Source: Zootoca vivipara
Taxonomy: Eukaryota
Length of the DNA stretch: 64,000 bases
Reading direction: 5' to 3'
Assembly: GCF_963506605.1 (NCBI RefSeq)
Contig: NC_083277.1
Span: forward strand, 70,928,001 to 70,992,000
Each line of letters opens with the position of its first letter. The stretch's first letter is position 1. A program made the translations under genes and the position numbers. The notes under the pieces were generated by a model that saw only the letters and a list, made by a program, of their open reading frames with translations, searched no databases and was not told the DNA's origin. Below are positions 36,521-50,684 of this stretch, piece after piece.

Positions 36521-37154
36521 ACCTAACCACTGCCAGAATCTAATAGAAGGCAGTAATTTGACTTCCACAGATACTATGGATGTTGCCTTGGTGGGAAAGG
36601 GTGCCATTCGCTTTTCTACCTCAGGCTGCAAAATATCTTGCTCTGGCCCGGCCAGCAATGAGTATAGCACTGCAGCAGACTTAAAAGCCCTTCAATGTCT
36701 GGTTAGCGCATCATACTTTTGAGCTATCTTTAGGGGGTTAAAATGAGCTGCAGTTCCACAGGGCTCCATTTCAGAACCCATTTCGAATGCTCGGTTCAGC
36801 CTCAGAACACATGAAGCAATTACAGGAAAGAGAGTTCCTCTGAGCATTTGGCAAATGTCATTTGCAGTGATCTTCACTCCCTCAGCTGACTAACGACAGC
36901 CAAAATCTGAACCTCTCGCCCATTTGGGGACAGCTGTTACAGTTCAGAAGCTACAGTTTCCTGGCTCGAGTTTCAGCACTTTTCATTTCAAGATGTTAAG
37001 TGCTGGCCAAAATGGTTAAAAGCCAGGCCAAAATGGTCAGGGGCCAAAAGGACTCATCTTCAGGATGTCTCTCCCTTCACCTGGGCCTGCCAGCTCTCCT
37101 TGTGGCAAAAGGATTGCTTATCCTCTTCCTCTGCCTGGGGAACAGAAAGCCACT

Positions 37155-37497
37155 CAGTGGCGTACCAAGCCCAGGCGGTACACGGTGGAGTGCGCATGTG
37201 CGGCACCCCTTACGGCCTGCGCATGTGCGGCACCCCTTACAGACTGCACATGTGCGGCATCCTGCACGTGCGCACTCCGTACGGGGTGCCGCCGTGTGTA
37301 AGGCATGTTCGGCATGTTCGGCAGACCGTATGGACTGCGCACGTGTGGGATACTGCACATGCGCAGTCCGTACGGGCTGCTGCTTGTGCATGGCGGCCGT
37401 ATAGGCTGCCGCATGAGCAGCACCCCAAGTTTCACCTCCCTCCAGGGCGGCACCCAGGGCGGTCTGCTCCCGTCGCACCCCCCTTGCTACATCCCTG
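37155..37497. mobile_element. hAT MITE with internal TGCGCATGTGCG repeats
   Basis: Imperfect TIRs CAGTGGCGTACCAAG / CTTGCTACATCCCTG; exact TSD AAGCCACT (37147-37154, 37498-37505). Confidence 0.85.
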
Positions 37498-39807
37498 AAG
37501 CCACTGTAGACCAAGGGAGTTGGATCAGGGGGTCAGTCAGCACAGCTGGCCATGTTCTGGGGCTCACACCCCAGCAGGATGGGGTCTTCCATGTAGAGCC
37601 TTGTGGACCTGCTTTTCCTCACCATTGCTCATCTGCCCCCCCTCTTGCTGGCTAATTCAATTGCTATTCCATTGGTTAAAGATCAACTTACAGCTTGCTA
37701 CTCTTTAATGACACCCAGAGTCTACTGTCCGAGATTCAAGCCTCACTCTGTCCTATAGTGTGGACGAGTAACACTGCCATTTGAGCTCTTTGCTGTTGTA
37801 TTGTTTCGGTGTGGGAGAGAGGGGTGGTGGTGGTTATTGGTTTGTTTTGTCTTTATCTTGCATTTTCATTCTGTGAACTGCCCTGAGATCAACAGATGGA
37901 GGGCAGTATGCAAATTTAATAAAGAAAAATATTGTTTTATCATTTCAAACTTGTACACAGCCTTGAGACAGATTGTATTAGGTGGTACATATTCCACCTC
38001 GTTTTAAACAGTGCCAAAATGTAATTGGTGTTGATGCTTTTCAGAGCTCCAAGGAGAGGTGATTTCATAGAAAGGGGGCTGCCACAGAGAAAACTCTCCC
38101 TCTGGTCACTGCTAACTGAGATGACCACACAACTATGAGAATAATGGTTCCCCCCACCTCTTTATTAGGGTTGGTACACATAGTGGACTCAGGGCACCTT
38201 AGTAGTTGGTTCCACAGTCATAACATTTAACGTCACTTATCTTTTTGTGCCAATCTGCCACTGTTTGCTGATCAGAAGATGACAACTATAGTCAGTCAAG
38301 TGTTTCTTATGGCTGATCGACCAGTGAACATGGTACAAAATATAAAAACCACAGCCTCAGGGGAGCTAAATATTAATGATTAACTCTGGCAAGTTAGGAA
38401 CTAACATTCATAGCAGGTCTGAGAGATATGATAACGTTCAAATATTTTGCCACCTGTTTGGTAATCGATCTATTAGTCCCCTCAAGGAAGACAGGTCTTG
38501 AAAGGCTGACCGGAATCCTCTGCTCCTAGTAGGATCAGCTATGTGTTCTCTAACCACTTGATAAAATCTGCACCAGATGAATGTATGGGATCTTGGAATA
38601 GTTGCGAAGGTGTGGCGGAATGGTGCCTGATGATGATTCTGGTTCATCATGGGTTAATCCCTCACTCCCATTCTAGACAAGTGTTCCCTGAGAGGCGGAG
38701 CTTGGGGGCATTCTAAATGGCAGTTGGGAGTTGGGGATTGACAGTTGGGAGTTAGGGAGTTGGTAGAGAGTAGAGTGTTAAAGAGGGATGCAGGAGCTGT
38801 ATGAAGAAAACTGTGTTAAATAAAAAAGAAGATATGTGCTTTTAAGAACCAAAGAAACTCATGTTTATAAGTTAAATAATAAAGTTAAATGTGCTTAAAT
38901 GTTCACTGACTCGGCAGTGTCTCAGTACCTTCAGAGGTGTGACAAAGAGGGGAGAACAAAGCTTTCCTGGGGAAGAGGAAACTGTTTGCTGTTTCTCCTG
39001 TCATACAAAGGGCTGGTTAGCGAAGCCGAAGGAGCCACATAGTTGCCTAAGGGAGAGGCACACTGTAGCAGTAGGGATCCCAGGGAGGGAGACCCCACTG
39101 GTGGCAATAGGTTTCGAACGCAGAGCCTGAGGTACTCTGGAGACAAGTCCAATTTGGACTCTGGAGGTTTTTTTCTCCTGTTTGTGGAGAAGCACAGGGA
39201 GAGCCTCTGAGGTTAAAGCAGTGAGGTGGGGGATCCATCACAGAAGGCAGCACCTATCCCTGAGGAGATACCATCTAGCATGTTCTGGTGCTAGCAGAGA
39301 AGCAGTGGCAGCTTGGTTGGGCCTGGGCACTGGCATCAAACAAACATTGCTACAGTCAACAAGATAAGCAGAGCGCTGGCTTTAGTCAACAGGTCTGGGA
39401 AACTGAGGGCCAAACTACACAACATTCTATAAGCCCTTTAAAAAATTCAAATAGCATTAGTTGGCAGGTGTGTAAAAAAAATAAAATGAACAGAATCAAG
39501 GCAAGCATGGAGATGGGATATAACCCTGTGTTTTCTTATTACTGTGGTCCTGAGGAAAATATCTTTTCTGAAGCTGCTGTTTGCCGCTATCCCCCTGCTC
39601 CCACCCAAAAAAGCAAATACTGTACCAGCTACAGAAGCAGCATTTTCTTCAGGATCTGACTCTTTTTCTCTCCCTTACTGTAGCAAGGGAGGAAAAAGAA
39701 TCAAATCTCCTCTTTCTGTCTGTCCTAGACTTGTTACCTCTTACCCCCCTACACAACTGATACATTTGGCGTTTTTAAAATTAAAAAATAAATAAATACC
39801 TGCATGT

Positions 39808-40038
39808 GCTTCTGCCAACCTAGCAGTTTGAAAGCACATAAATAGGGACCGCCACAGCGGGAAGGTAAACGGCGTTTCCGTGTGCTGCTCTGGTTTGCCA
39901 GAAGCGGCTTTGTCATGCTGGCCACATGACCTGGAAGCTATACGCTGGCTCCCTCGGCCAATAATGCGAGATGAGCGTGCAACCCCAGAGTCGGTCACGA
40001 CTGGACCTAATGGTCAGGGGTCCCTTTACCTTTACCTT
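39808..40038 (+). mobile_element. Sauria SINE, 5'-truncated
   Basis: gccaacctagcagtttgaaagcac...ggtcaggggtccctttacctttacc. Confidence 0.9.
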
Positions 40039-43000
40039 CATGTTACAAAAGCACGTGATTTCAATATAATGTGTAGTTTGGCCCTCTGACAATTCCTCAG
40101 TTCATTTGTATTGTTTCTGGACTTGCATACATTGAAATTAAAGGGGACAAGTCTGTACATTTGTGAAGCTGCAGCCAGATGAGCAAAGCTTCCAAGCTAT
40201 AGTTCTGAGACCTATGGGTCACATACGGAGCTATTGGGCTAAGCAGGCTTAGAAACATAATAATTGTGCTGTTATCAGACTTTACGGCAAAGCATTTGGA
40301 ATTAGACCCCCAGGGAACATGAAAGCGATCTATTCTAACCAGCCACACCGAGGCAAGATCATCTTTGCTTGTGAAGACCTGTAAACCTCCCCCTTAAATA
40401 AATTCAGACAAGACTCAGATTTTGGTTTGGTTTTTTTGGCAGAATTTAGGCCACAACTTTATTGCTTGCAGAAAAGTGAGTGGTTGCATAGGCTCTGGTT
40501 CGACTAGCTGCCTGTACCCTTGCAGGTAGCGCTGACCCAGGGTACCAGCATAGGTCAGCCAAGGGTGAACACCTGGAATGGTGGAAAGCCGGGGACAGGC
40601 TATGTCCACCACCCAGATGTCCCCCTGGACTCAGGCACAACCCCTCTCAGAGTTGACCAAACCATTGAGTCCCTGGATTCCTTTAATGGAATATCCTTCA
40701 CATAGGGATGGCGAGAACGCTTCCTCCATTCCTATCACCTGAACCAGAGCCTATCCGCAAACTTACAAGTTGTGACGATTTGCTACGCGGCAGGTGAAAC
40801 CCAAATGGCACCAGCCAATCAGTCAAGAGGGGAAAATTCCTGTCGTGCCCCTGTCCCAACGACAGACGACACACATTGGCATAGGTCAAGCACACAAGCT
40901 CTAAAAGTAGGGAGAGGTGGGCAGGTCTTCCGAATGCACGAGCTGAAAGCGGAAACTCTGGGTCACATGCATGGGTATAAGTAGGTCCCTTGATCCGATT
41001 AGCCTGCGTCCCATTGGCCTGATTGAACCCTGCATCAAGGGACCTACCAATTGGGTGTTGTGGCTATCCAATCATACCCACCCACAAGACAACACCCAAA
41101 CATTCTCTAGGGTGGCTTTTTCCAAACTGGTGACCTCCAGATATTTTGTACTACAGTTCTCACCAGCCTCTGTTGGCTGGGGCTCCTGGGGATTATAGTC
41201 AGGGCTTTCTTTCAGCCGGAACTCACTGGAACTCAGTCCTGGCATCTTTCAGATGGACGTCATTGCCATTCTAAGAGAACGAGGGAGGTGTTCATTGTGA
41301 GTACTGCTGCCTCTTTTTTTCTAGAAGTATAGCACTGATTATATTCCATAATATCTCAAGGGCGCCAGGTTGGTGAAGGCTGCTTTATGGCATAGAATAT
41401 GTTGAGTAAGGAACCTCAGCTGGATCTAATCTTGCAGTGGTAACAGGCAGCAACAGAGAGTTCTGTTATTTGACCCCAGTCCTTCTCATAGCTGGAAAGA
41501 TGTGTGGAAAAACAAAACAAAACACATGGAGTTGGAATAGCTATGCTGAAAGCCTTTGGGCTAATTGCAGAGCATCTCTCTGAAGAGAAACATATCTGTG
41601 TTTCAGCTTGGAGGCCGTGGTTGCTCACTTCTACCAGTAAGTTCCTGTATATGGAAAGCTCATTTCCATTGCAAGTTGAAACCTCTGTAGGTGTACCGGC
41701 CTTTCTTTTATAAATATGTTGTCAGAAATCTTAGGCAATACAGAATAGGCCTACATATACAGGTCTGCATGGAGTACCTGGTAAAATGAGGGCAATTGCA
41801 CCTCCATTTTATCCCGAGATTCTGGTGTACACTCCTCCCTGAATCAGGAAGGGGTAAGATAAACGGGGAAGGAGGGGGGTCTCATCATTTTGACATGAGA
41901 TGCTATGCAGGTTTACATAGAACCCTCTGCCAAGGTAGGATAACCAGCTTCCCAGACCCAACTTGCTTAAGTGTAATTAAAGCATTAATGCCATAGAGTA
42001 AGCTGTATTTCCAGCCATAGCTAGGTCACTCCCCCTCACCCTGGAGGAAGGTAATCAAGCCTATTGTTGTACCCCAGTCTACCTGAGAAGCTCAGCATGT
42101 AAAGAGGTCTGAGGTAGTTGCTCCAAGCTCTAACCACATGGTTAGAGACCACATGGCTCTAACAAGCCTTTCCTGAGTTCCTATACCAATACTTTAGGAA
42201 CCTTCACCCCCTGAAACTAAGCCAAGTTTTACTGCCTGCACAGTACATGACCTTGATGTACTTGGAGGAAAGATGGGATATAAATGTAACATAAAAAATA
42301 AATAAGTATAAATAACCAAATGGAAGATGGAAACATAGTAAACCTCTGTAGAAAATGTGTCTGATTTCAGTTCTGCTGCATTTTAGTACTATTGGATAAA
42401 TACAGTATCAAACATCTGCAGATACAAAGAACATTCTTGGTGCAAGGATGTCAGTTTTCCTTTTTAAACATGAGCTCTGTGCCCTTCACAGCTGCATAGT
42501 CAGCAGCTGAAAAAAGCCTCACCCCTTGAATTTTTGCCTTCTAAGAAACAGTTAAATGTTCAGGAGCTCTACCAGAAAAAAGAGAGTTGATACTAATTGC
42601 TCATTGGTGGGTCCAGAATATGGTAGCAAATGGCATACTTTCCATCCAGAAAAAGATGACCGTTTTAATCTCAATTTAAAGGATCTCAGAGAAATGGGGC
42701 TCTCTTTGCCTGAGAGCTGCTGGCTCAGGAGTAGACTTTACTGGACTGGATGGCACATAGTGTCTCTGATTGCCAAGAGGGTGCCTTTTAGGGAGCTGGG
42801 GTGGAAGCAACCTCTGCCTCCCACCTTAGAGAGCCCTAGCTAGTCAGAGTAGACCAGCTTTTGTCAGTGTTGCATCCTCCAGATGCTGATTGGTGATGCT
42901 ATATCATATATTATTTCAGACTGGGTTTGCAGTTCCATGGTATGGCATACTATGGCTATTCTCAAGAACATGGTACACAAATGTTTGGTGATGTTCACAA

Positions 43001-43119
43001 GCAGGACGTGGTGGGGTTATTTTTGCCCTGTTTATTAAAAATCTAGCCCAATTGTCAACCTTCACAAGTATCCTCAAGGGAGCTTTAAAACATTAGCTTC
43101 CTTATCCCTATCCCCCCCC

Positions 43120-43170
43120 CTTCCTTCCTTCCTTCCTCCCTTCCTTCCTTCCTTCCTTCCTTCCTTCCCT
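43120..43170. repeat. (TTCC)n microsatellite
   Basis: Seen directly. Confidence 0.9.
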
Positions 43171-43353
43171 CCCCTGAGAATAGTTTCATAGCAACTGTCC
43201 CTTTGGGTGGGGGTGGAGCAGAATGCTGTGATCTTGAGCAGTTCACAGAAGTGTAACATGGGGCAGAACAGGTCCTATTGAAGCCCACAGCTTGGCATTG
43301 CATTGTTTTTTAAATTGCCATGTTTGTTGCAGATAGAGGAAATGTCCTATGCA

Positions 43354-43355
<2 letters not shown>

Positions 43356-43387
<32 letters not shown>
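43356..43387. repeat. (GT)n microsatellite
   Basis: Seen directly. Confidence 0.95.
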
Positions 43388-43390
<3 letters not shown>

Positions 43391-43894
43391 GGTATCTGGT
43401 ATTTACAGGTACAGTGTATTCTTCTGGCAGTCAGGCCTTGTTGTGTCTATTAAAAGGCCAAAAGAAAGACTGTCTGTGCCTGTGATAAAGTTAATGATTT
43501 CCTGATGTTAACATTGTAAAGAGCAGTAAGGGGGGGGGGAATCATGTACAGTCTTGTGCTACAAAACACACTGTACTTTGCTCAGATCTGCTGCCTAGAT
43601 TTACCAAATGTTGCAGGCCTTTACATGTGAGTATTGTTTGCATTATGTGGAAATGTACGAAACCTTATTTAAAAATGAAAAATTTGCCATCTTCTGCAAG
43701 CACTGAGAGCATTCACTAAAGCGAACAGGCGGTGGGCCGGGGGTTGTGTTGCATCTTCAAGGAGGGTTGGCTGGTCATGGGTTCCTCAGATGGTGCCAGG
43801 AGGATAAAGCCACATCCTCTCTTCTTGCATGGATTGACACTTGGAGATGAGGTTGACTGAGACACATGTTCTTTCTGAGTGTATAAAACAAGTG

Positions 43895-44012
43895 TTGCCC
43901 TCCAGATGTTGATGGACTACAACTCTCATCATCCCTGACCGTTGGCCAGGGTGACTGGGGCTGATGCTGTCCATTTGGAGTCCAACAACTTCTGGAAGGC
44001 CACAGTTTAGTC
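43895..44012. mobile_element. Decayed palindromic hAT MITE
   Basis: ccctccagatgttgatggactacaactc...gtccaacaacttctggaaggcc. Confidence 0.55.
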
Positions 44013-44149
44013 ATCTCATCATAAAAGGTTAAAAAAAACAAAACTTTAAAACCCTGCCTTTCTCTTAATCTCAAATGCATTGTGGCTTCTGCTAGTGATG
44101 CCTTTCTCACATTGAATGGGAGGCTAAAGATGAAGAGGTTAAATGCATA

Positions 44150-44410
44150 ATGATTAAGTGGGCACAAAAATCTAGCACATAATATACAAATGGAAGACTG
44201 GGAAAAACTATGGAAAGTGCATTTAAAATTCACCGATTATATATTGTTAAAAGAGAATTATATGACAATGATGTTATCAGTGGTTACATTACACCTGCAA
44301 AAGTGGCAAAAATGTATAGAACAGGCTCCAATAAGTGTAAAGAAAAAGAAGGCACTTTTTCATATGTGGTGGAATTGTAAAATAATTTAAAAATACTGGG
44401 AAATGATTTA
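44150..44410 (+). mobile_element. L1/Tx1-like LINE ORF2 C-terminal relic
   Basis: WEKLWK...LKENY, WYITP-like and HMWWNC remnants spread across frames. Confidence 0.65.
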
Positions 44411-46529
44411 TTTCTTTTTTAAAAGCCATCTAAACGAGTGGCAATCATAATCCTCATCACATCTTGTGCAGCAAATCCCATCAACTAAGTATGTACAATA
44501 TGGGAATCGATATAATTTATGAAGGCTATATGGAGGCTCCGTTTTCAGAGGCATTATGGCACAGAATACCATGGATTCCTTGGAAGCAGCATGAAAAATT
44601 ATGCACATTAAGCAAATGTGCATATAGTTGTTTCTTCTGTGTGTATGGGGAAGGGCAAGGAGCTGTGTGGGGTGCTGAAATCTCTCTCTTACTGGTTTCT
44701 GAAAGTCCTGCTTTTCTTTCCTCTGTTTCTGAGATATCATCAGATTCTTCTTGTATGTTTACAGTCCTTTCATTGGACTGAAGCACTAGAAACTTGCATT
44801 TTTAAAAATGAAGTTGAAATTCTCAGGATGTTGAATTCTGTTCTGTGTATTGAATTATGTGCTTCTGTAACACTATCACAGAAACACACCAGATGTGATA
44901 GCCTTATATACAATCTATTTCTCTAACTGTTCAGCCATCCATCAGATATCATTATAAGAATACCCGTTGCCTTAAATTCTGTGTTACTGAAGGGTGTTGA
45001 CAACAAAGGTAGCTCGGCTCTCATAGACTGAGAATCCATTATTTTGATTATTGCCTTGCAGAGTCTGTTTGGTAAGCTTTGTATGCATTGAAAGAAAGCG
45101 TACAAAGGGATGACATATAGCCTAGACTTGCTTTCATAACCCACTATAAAAGGGTGGCACGCTACAGAATAAAAATGTTATCTTATCTTCTGTTTGTTTC
45201 AGAATGATCTGAGAACTGCTTTAGGTTACACCCAGCAATTTAGCTTCTAGACCAAATGCTCCTGTTGTCTTTCTCCAGGAACCATGGAATGCTAGAAGGT
45301 TAGAAGAATTGGCCCTGCATCGTACATTTCTAGAAAGCATACTAGCTCTTTGCAGCTTGGCAATTCCACCCTGCTGTTAAAAAAATGAGAATATTTTCTT
45401 AGAGCTTCCTTTTTATCCCATAACGATTAGCACGCAGCCTGCATTCCCCAGCCTTCCCGGGTCAAACACAACATAAAGGGAATCTCTTGCAAAACACTTT
45501 ATGCCATCTTCATTAGGCATCTATGGAGACCATATTCTCTTTGACCATTCAATGGTGAGAACCACGAGTCAAGTCCTTCCATGCCTTCAGTTAATTGCGC
45601 ATAATGTCAGCTGGGAGGAGAAAAGAGTGTGCTCTCATTTGTTTGGTGCATTACTGTGATGATCCAGTATTTTTTCTTTATGTGTTAAGCCAACTTGAGG
45701 CAACCTGTAATGGTTGTCACACACTATTTCCTTACAAAATAGTATGCAAAGGAGACCTTTGTGTGAAAATCATCATTGAGCTGAGGGTCCTCTGCTTTCA
45801 GATGACAAGGAACTAGTCTACACAACCTTACAACCACAGGGAGCATTCAAGCATTATCCATTTGTATAAAAAGTCCATTTTTGAGGCAACGACATTGGTA
45901 TTCTGTGGTTGCTTGGACACAGCATGGAAGGCAGAAACCACATCAAATGATCCCTCGAAAGGTGAGTGGTGTACTTTCACATTGACCATGCAAAGTGACT
46001 GGGTGGGCATATTTGCCAACTAGGTTCTTATCATTAATGTGTTTCAGAAGTTTCTAAAACCTTTCAGGGGCAGGTGCATGGAAGGTTTCATGGCAACCAC
46101 AGATAAAGAAAGTACCTACATCTGAGGATAGCAATGGGATGCACTTTTCAATGCCAAGAGACACTTGGAAACTGGAATTCCTATTGCGTTAGAATTAATT
46201 GATGTCCTTTGAGTTGAACGGAATCCAGTATATTTGTATTCCTGAAATGGAGGAACAGCCATAGCAGGGAATGGCTGGGTTCCTAGTAACAGGTGAGTTG
46301 TCACTGTGCCATCATTTCTCAAAAATCAAAACTGGTATGCAAATTTTACACCCAAGGAACACATTTGAAATGGTGCAAACTACGCTAGTATTTGGGCCAA
46401 TCTAGCTAAAGTTAGTCATTGTAACCAAGGCATTGCATATGTTGATAATCCTATCACTTTCTATGGAAGGGTATCACAACCCAGCTATGAGGTTTCACTG
46501 CTAGCACAGAGATAATTGGTGTAATATAG

Positions 46530-46900
46530 AGATAAGAACATAACACCTGCAGGATCAGACCAAAGGGACATCTAGTCCAGCATTCTACTCCAACAGTGGC
46601 AAAGGATGCTCATAAGAAGTCCGCAAGCAGGATATGTGCACATTCCGGTATTCATTGCTCAATCAATATATAGGCATCATTGCTACGTAGTAGCCATTGA
46701 TGGTCTCATCCTCAATGAATTCATCTAATGTTCTTCTAAAACCACCCAAGTTGGTGCCCATATCTATGCACAGTGTGCGAGAGCATCTTTTATCTGTCCA
46801 GAAACCTCCAACATTCAACTGTGTTGGATGACCCTGGGTTCTAATATCATGGGAGAGGGGTGGGGAACTTTCCCCACACTGTGCATAATTTGATAGGCCT
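46530..46900 (-). mobile_element. Decayed CR1 3' fragment
   Basis: ataagaacataa tail, ggatcagaccaaagggacatctagtccagcat. Confidence 0.6.
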
Positions 46901-47307
46901 CTGTTTTATACACTGTGATGGGACAGTCTGGGTGTATGAAACGAGTGCACTTGTCCTTACCTTCCCCATTGCTGGTAGGGCATAATGCCTGAAGTATGTG
47001 TGTGTGTCCTTCCATTAGGCAAAGTTGGACAACGGTCTCAGGTAGATGCTGAGGTCCACTACTTTAGAGCCCCTTCCCTGCGCCCTTCTGTTGGAGGACA
47101 GAACTGGCTGTATCACATGGGCTACCCTGCACCCCCATAACCAGTGTAAGGTTAACTGGTGTAAGGGTTAGGTACCTCCAGGGCTGCTGCGATGTGGATC
47201 AGCTGTCATATCTTTGGGTACCACCACCAATCCTATCCTTGCCCAATGGACGTAGGTTGAGGATAGGATTGCATTGTGAGTTATTCATTAACACTTTTTT
47301 TTAATAG

Positions 47308-47665
47308 GTAAAGGTAAAGGTAAAGGGACCCCTGACCATTAGGTCCAGTCGTGACTGACTCTGGGGTTGCGGCGCTCATCTCGCATTATTGGCCGAGGGA
47401 GCCGGCGTATAGCTTCCAGGTCATGTGGCCAGCATGACAAAGCCGCTTCTGGCAAACCAGAGCAGCACATGGAAACGTCGTTTACCTTCCCGCTATAGCG
47501 GTTCCTATTTATCTACTTGCATTTTGACGTGCTTTCGAACTGCTAGGTTGGCAGGAGCTGGGACCAAGCAATGGGAGCTCACCCCGTCACAGGGATTCGA
47601 ACCGCCGACCTTCTGATCAGCAAGCCCTAGGCTCAGTGGTTTAACCACAGCGCCACCTGGGTCCC
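47308..47665 (-). mobile_element. Full-length Sauria SINE
   Basis: (ACCTTT)n tail and tRNA-like head on the minus strand; TSD TTTTTTAATAG (47297-47307, 47666-47676). Confidence 0.93.
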
Positions 47666-50597
47666 TTTTTTAATAGAGAGATGGTTAAATGTCTTCCCTG
47701 ACAGAGCACTATAGCATTGCTGAGTGCAAGCAATATAATTACTGTAAAAGCAGGGATGAATGATTATATCCCTGTCAAAACCAAAGATGAAAGTAAGAGA
47801 AAGAAAGAAAATCATGTTCTTTTTTGTGTGTGTCACATTGTGAGGAGATTCATTTACCCTTCTGAAATCCTGATATGACAGTTAGAAAAAGTTAGCTTGC
47901 TTGTTTTGTGTTTTGAGACAGTAGACTTTATGAATTGGAAGCTAACGATTAGAATAATGATCTCATGCGCCTGTTTGCTTTGTCCTGCAATCTTGATCAT
48001 CCCCGTGGTCCTGCACATTAGATATGTACCCGCCACAGCACACAGATGACTACATGCTCTATATCTCGCTGTTTGAACTGGCAGTGATATTTTCAAATAA
48101 CACAAGGGGGGAATTTGTGAATGGGACCCGTAGAACATTCTTTTCTCGTGTGGTTGCTCAACAGTTCTGCTTTCAAGTGGGAGGTTGGATTCGTGACAAC
48201 TTTCAATGGGGCGGGAAGGGGGGGGGGAGAGAGAGATTGTGCAAAGTTGTGCAAGCCTTTGTGAACTCAAATGTCCTACCAAAACAAATTTCAAAGGACT
48301 GCATTCATAACAAAAATGGCTTTAGATCTAACAGGTACATTCACACTGGCTCCCGTGCTCCAGTTTACTGCCTCTCATTTCGAAGATGGGCCAAAGGATG
48401 GGCCAACTCTGTTAAGAAATAATTCAAGAACTGCGGCCGTAGGAATGTAAAGCCTGGGATATTGTGTCATACCTTCCAATGTTTCCAGTCTTAACACCCA
48501 AGAGGGTCTGTAGGGAAGGAGGATGTTTTTCGGATCTTGGGGGCTGGAATTACTTAACCATTTATGTGAGCACCTTGAATTGGGCCCAGAAATGAGGTGA
48601 CCAGGGAAGCTGTTTTAACACAGAAGTTATAAGTGATCTAAAAGGAACCTCAGGCAATAACCTGTCTTTTATATTTTGGATCAATTGAACTTCCTGAGTC
48701 GTCCTCAGTTGCCCTAAATAAAAGTTCAGCATGAACTTTGCCTAAGTGTAGTATGTGAAATGGCAAGCTGCGCAGATATAGGTACGTAGCCTGCTTGAAT
48801 CCCATGGAGGCCAGGCATATGCACAATTATACCCTTGGTGTTTCTGTGTGTGGGTGTACATGCTTGTGTAGTGCAGTCAGAAAGTATCCCACTCCCACTC
48901 CGACGTGCAGGGTTAAACTAAACGAGATGCCATTGACACAATTAGCAATTGCATGGGTGGTTTTCCAAAAGTAAATAGCAGACACCTCCACCAGTCCTGA
49001 TCAGGATTTTGTGATCCTTCTTTGCCTCTCCTGGTGGACTTGATCCAGACTGGGGACCCACACCTGCTGCTACTTGCAGAAGTTAAGTGCCCATTTGTGT
49101 CATTTACAGTTTTTCTTTCAATAGCACCATCTGGATTAAGACCACAGCAGGGGGTGGAGGATTAAAGCCCCCTCCCTTCTTCCAAGATCCAGATTTTGAT
49201 CACACACATACACCTGCTATTAACTTTTTAAAAAAAGCCTTTTAATTCTATTTGCTGTAATTCTATTTATTATTGATTTTACTTTGAACATTTCCGCGCC
49301 ATCTATTTCTCCAAGGAGACCCAAGGCAGCTGACAGTAATAAAAGCAGAGCCTGTAACATAAGTTAACAATATCCAATCTGTTTAACAAATTCCAGCAGC
49401 ACAAAAATAACACAGAACTGAGCCAGCAAAATTACATAATTTGATTTGTTTCAATTAAATTAAAAAATAAATCGCTTGTTGTGTGAAAGGCGTCTCATGG
49501 CATTTGGTTCTGGGCTTTTTAGAAACCTGAGGGGAAATGAGCTGAAACCTGAAGAAAGACAACTTTAGCAACAAACAAAATATTTGAAAGGCAGCCCCAA
49601 ACTCTTCCCAAAAGGAAAAAAAGCCAAAGAAAAGAAACCCAGTTTACCGGGGCATCTACTTAAAATGGGGGTGGTAACTAGGGACTATTGGTGTGAATGT
49701 GATGTCACTGCTGAAGAATTTCTCTTCAGAATTGGAAAAAGAAGTTCCTCTTAGAATTACGGATGTTCCCCCCCCCCCTCATTGTTTTTGTTCTCATTCT
49801 GTTGACGTTGTTTTCCTCCACTGCACACATGCCTGGATCCATCTGCGTTCATTTCCATGTGCCTCCTTTTTCCTGAGTACGGTCTGCTGAGGAAGAAGTA
49901 TCTAAATAATTGCTCCCACGGAGCAGGAATGAGCAAGTAGTGCCCATTTTGGATTTATTTGGTTTTCAAAACTCGCTTGCTGTTGACTCATAGCTGAGAT
50001 TCTGGCAAAGTAAGGCGACATGAAGCGCACACGGACATGTCATTCACAACTGGGTTTTGCTCGTCTTCTTGTTTTGGCAGCCCGCATTGTCCTTGCTTGT
50101 TGTGTAGCAGAGATATTTATCAGACAAGAACAATTCATTACCCGATCCCTATCCAGCTGCCGGAGATATAGAGGAAGGAGTGCTTTATGGCCACAAACTT
50201 CCTGAATTTACTATGAATTACCTCATGCATATCTGAAACAATAAGCATGTACAGCCAAGAATATTTGGCTGGGTGCATTAGGATGTTCCAGGAGAGGAAA
50301 ACGAACTTCCTGCAAGATGCCTCCTTCCATCTTTTTTAAGATTTGTGTTTCTTTGTGTTTGAAGCAATTTGTGCCACTACCCAAAGGAGATCTTGGCATT
50401 TCTAATGCCAGAATAAGGTATCTTCAGTGGTTGGTTTTATGCAGGAGAACCCAAGCAGGGCCAAATGAAGACACCTATGGGGGGGCTGCCCGTGGCAAGG
50501 ATGTCAAGAGGATTTCCTGGGCATGGCACACTTTGTGTGGCTTGGGCCCCCTGTCTCCTTCCCTCAGCAATTTATTGGCAGGAACTGCTGCTCTTAT

Positions 50598-50684
50598 TAA
50601 AAAATTCCTTCAGTAGCACCTTAAAGACCAACGAAGTTTTTATTTTGGCATGAGCTTTCGTGTGCATGCACACTTCTTCAGATA
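50598..50684. mobile_element. Penelope-like element fragment (second copy)
   Basis: Near-identical to 24390-24477. Confidence 0.65.
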
